Source of the DNA: the human T2T-CHM13v2.0 reference genome, Homo sapiens
Direction: 5' to 3'
Length of the DNA: 64,000 nt
Assembly (NCBI GenBank): GCA_009914755.4
Contig: CP068257.2
Coordinates: 544,001-608,000 of the forward strand
The position numbers and the translations under genes were made by a program. Shown here in pieces: positions 60,801-64,000 of this stretch (position 1 is its first letter; every line of letters begins with the position of its first letter). Under the pieces are notes generated by a model. The model saw only the letters and a list, made by a program, of their open reading frames with translations. It searched no databases and was not told where the DNA came from.

Positions 60801-63800
60801 CACTGCCTTCAGGGAATTTTGACGAATGTCTGCACTGATCACCTAGGTGATGTAACTCTTGTCTACCCTCTGTCCAACGGTGCATTATGAAATATCTCTG
60901 CACTGATCACCCAGGTGATTCAACTCTTGACTAGGATCTGCCTACAGAGTTTATTGTGAAATATTTCTGCACTGATAAACTAAGTGGTGTAACCCTTGTC
61001 CAAGCTCTGCCTACAGGGGCGTTTTCACATATCCCTGAAGTGATGACAAAGGTGATGTAACTTTGCCTAGGCTTTGCCTACAGGGGACATTGGACATATA
61101 TCTGCACTGATCACCCAGGTGATGCAACTCTTGCCTAGGCTTTGCCTACAGGGGAAATTGTGACATATCTCTTCAATGATCACCCTTGTGATGCAACTCT
61201 TGCCTAGGCTTTGCCTACAGGGGACATTGTGACATATCTCTGCACTGATCTCCCAGGGGCTGTAACTTTAGTCTAGGCTCTGGCTACACGGCATTGTGAC
61301 ATATCACTGCACTGATCAACCAGGTGATATAACTCTTGTCTAGGCTCTGCCTCCAGGGGGCTTGTGACATATCTCTGCACTGATCACCCAGGTGATATTA
61401 CTCTCCTCTAGGATCTGCCTACAGGGTGCTTTGTGACATATCCCTGCACTGATCACCCAGGTGATCTAACACTGGTCTAAGCTCTGCCTAAAGGGGCATT
61501 TTGACAGATCTCTGCACTGATCGCTCAGGTGATGTAACTGTTGTCTAGGCTCTGCTTAAAGAGGCCTTGTCACATATCTCTGCACTGGTCACCCAGGTGA
61601 TGTAACTCTTGTCTAGGCTCTGCTTCCAGGGCATATTGTGACATATCTATGCACTGATCACCTTAGTGATGTAACCCTTGTGTAGGCTCGGCCTCCAGGG
61701 GAATCTTGACCTATCTCTGCACTGCTAACCGAGGTGATTTAACTCTTGTGTAGGCTGTGCCCACAGGGGGATTGAGACATATCTCTGCACTGATCCCGAA
61801 GTGATCCAACTCTTGCCTGGTCTCTGCCTACTAGGGACATTGTGACATATCTCTGCACTGATCACCCAGGTGATATAACTGTTCTCTAGGATCTGACCAC
61901 AGGGTGCTTTGTGACATATCCCTGCAATGATCACCCAGGTGTTATAACTGTTCTCTAGGATCTGACCACAGGGTGTTTTGTGACTTATCCCTGCAATGAT
62001 CACCCAGGTGATATACCACTTGCCAAGGCTCTGCCTACAGGGGAATTGCAATGTATCTCTGCACTGATCACCTAGGTCTTGTAACTCTTTTCTAGGATCT
62101 GCCTACAGGGTGCTTTGTGATGTATCCCAGCAAGGATTACTCAGGTGCTGTACCTCTCATCAAGGCTCTGCCTGCAGGCACATTGCGATGTATCTCTGCA
62201 CTGATCACCTAGCTCATGTAACTTTTGTCTACGCTCTGCCTACGATGGCATTGTGACATATCTCTGCACTAATCATCCAAATGATGTAACTCTTGTCTAG
62301 GATCTGCCTAAATTAACTTTGTGACATAACCCTGTAGTGATCATCCAGGTGATGGGGCTTTTGTCTAGGCTCTGCCTAAGGGGGCATTGTGACATATTTC
62401 TGCATTGATCACCCAGGTGGCGAACTCTTGTCTCGGATCTGCCTATGGGGGCATTGTGACAAATCTCTGCACTGATCACCCAGGTGATGTAACTGTTGTG
62501 TAACCTCTGCCTACAGGGGAATTGTGAGAGATCTCGCCACTGATCACCCAAGTGATGTATCCAGTGTCTAGGCTTTGCGTACAGGGTGCTTTGTGACATA
62601 CCTTTGCACTGATCACCCAGGTGATGTAACACATCTAAGTTCGGCCTAAAGGAGCTTTGTGACATATCTCTGCACTCATCACTTAGGTGATGTAACACTT
62701 TTATAAGCACTGCCTACAGGGAATTTTGACGAATCTCTGCACTGATCACCTAGGTGATGTAACTCTTGTCTACCTTCTGTCCAACGGGGCATTGTGAAAT
62801 ATCTCTGCACTGATCACCCAGGTGATTCAACTCTTGACTAGGATCTGCCTACAGAGGTTATTGTGAAATATCTCTGCACTGATAAACTAAATGGTGTAAA
62901 CCTTGTCCAAGCTCTGCCTACAGGGGCGTTTTCACATATCCCTGAAGTGATGACAAAGGTGATGTAACTTTGCCTAGGCTTTGCCTACAGGGGACATTGG
63001 ACATATATCTACACTGATCACCCAGGTGATGCAACTCTTGCCTAGGCTTTGCCTACAGGGGACATTGTGACATATCTCTTCAATGATCACCCATGTGATG
63101 CAACTCTTGCCTAGGCTTGGCCTACAGGGGACATTGTGTCATATCTCTGCACTGATCTCCCAGGGGCTGTAACTTTAGTCTAGGCTCTGGCTACACGGCA
63201 TTGTGACATATCACTGCACTGATCAACCAGGTGATATAACTCTTGTCTAAGCTCTGCCTCCAGGGGGCTTGTGACATATCTCTGCACTGATCACCCAGGT
63301 GATATAACTCTTCTCTAGGATCTGCCTACAGGGTGCTTTGTGACATATCCCTGCACTGATCACCCAGGTGATCTAACACTGGTCTAAGCTCTGCCTAAAG
63401 GGGCATTGTGACAGATCTCTGCACTGATCACTCAGGTGATGTAACTGTTGTCTAGGCTCTGCTTAAAGAGGCCTTGTTACATATCTCTGCACTGGTCACC
63501 CAGGTGATGTAACTCTTGTCTAGGCTCTGCTTCCAGGGCATATTGTGACATATCTATGCACTGATCACCTTAGTGATGTAACCCTTGTGTAGGCCCGGCC
63601 TACAGGGGAATCTTGACCTATCTCTGCACTGTTAACCGAGGTGATTTAACTCTTGTCTAGGCTGTGCCCACAGGGGGATTGAGACATATCTCTGCACTGA
63701 TCCCGAGGTGATCCAACTCTTGCCTGGTATCTGCCTACTAGGGACATTGTGACATATCTCTGCACTGATCTCCCAGGTGCTGTAACTTTAGTCTAGGCTC

Positions 63801-64000
63801 TGGCTACACGGCATTGTGACATATCTCTGCACTGATCACCCACGTGATGTAACTCTTGCCTAGGCTCTGCCTACAATGGTCGTGTGACATATCTCTGCAC
63901 TGATCACCCAGGTGATATAACTGTTCTCTAGGATCTGACCACAGGGTGCTTTGTGACATATCCCTGCAATGATCACCCAGGTGATATAACTGTTCTCTAG
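30880..64000. repeat. Homogenised beta-satellite HOR array. The canonical HOR is 2042 bp (about 30 x 68-bp monomers), with in-register length variants.
   Basis: The identical 137-aa ORF artefact (MLIKVLH..LSDQCRDMSQSSFRPNL...) recurs with top coordinates 32285, 34326, about 35824, about 37323, 39026, 41068, 43110, about 45152, 47194, 49236, 51278, 53251, 55293, 57335, 59375 and 62710. Spacings are 2041, about 1498, about 1499, about 1703, 2042 six times, 1973, 2042, 2042, 2040 and 3335 bp. Confidence 0.9.

Noticed and set aside
20757-64000. Dozens of minus-strand ORFs of 60-137 aa in the six-frame track (e.g. the 137-aa MLIKVLHHLSDQCRDMSQ..., 85-aa MVYHLGDHCRDKSQ..., 77-aa MQCPCRQSLGKWYITW...) that recur every 2042 bp
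   Set aside because: They are translations of the 68-bp tandem monomer (internally periodic peptides such as ...YITWVISAEICHNAP... repeating every about 23 aa). There are no start or stop context differences between copies and no flanking unique sequence. They are satellite reading-frame artefacts, not genes.

Overview
This window is eukaryotic (primate/human-like) satellite DNA, not a prokaryotic locus. I find no CRISPR array, operon or defence system.

Three GC/CpG-rich units of about 2.76 kb lie at about 1-1418 (truncated by the window start), 9236-11998 and 17995-20756. All sit on the minus strand. Each carries a decayed copy of a DUX4-like double-homeobox gene of the D4Z4 repeat family. 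Both homeodomains remain recognisable, for example ...[10 protein letters not shown]...IGIPEPRV... and ...[12 protein letters not shown]...[13 protein letters not shown]... in unit C, with C-terminal ...[13 protein letters not shown]. Every copy is disabled. Unit B has lost its start codon (ATG to ATT) and carries nonsense codons. Unit C has two in-frame stops and a frameshift.

The units are embedded singly in 68-bp beta satellite (Sau3A/GATC-containing monomers, ctctgcactgatcacccaggtgatgtaactcttgtctaggctctgcctacaggggcattgtgacatat). Unit-to-satellite junctions are conserved at both ends.

From 20757 to the window end there is only beta satellite. The first 10 kb are diverged. From about 30.9 kb a homogenised higher-order-repeat (HOR) array begins. 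Its canonical period is 2042 bp, about 30 monomers, with about 98-99% copy identity. Variant copies of about 21, 22, 25, 28 and 29 monomers are in monomer register and indicate unequal crossover.

Nearly all ORFs in the six-frame track inside the satellite are translation artefacts of the tandem repeat. The architecture resembles the DUX4L/beta-satellite blocks of acrocentric short arms and similar heterochromatic sites, but I cannot assign the locus from sequence alone.
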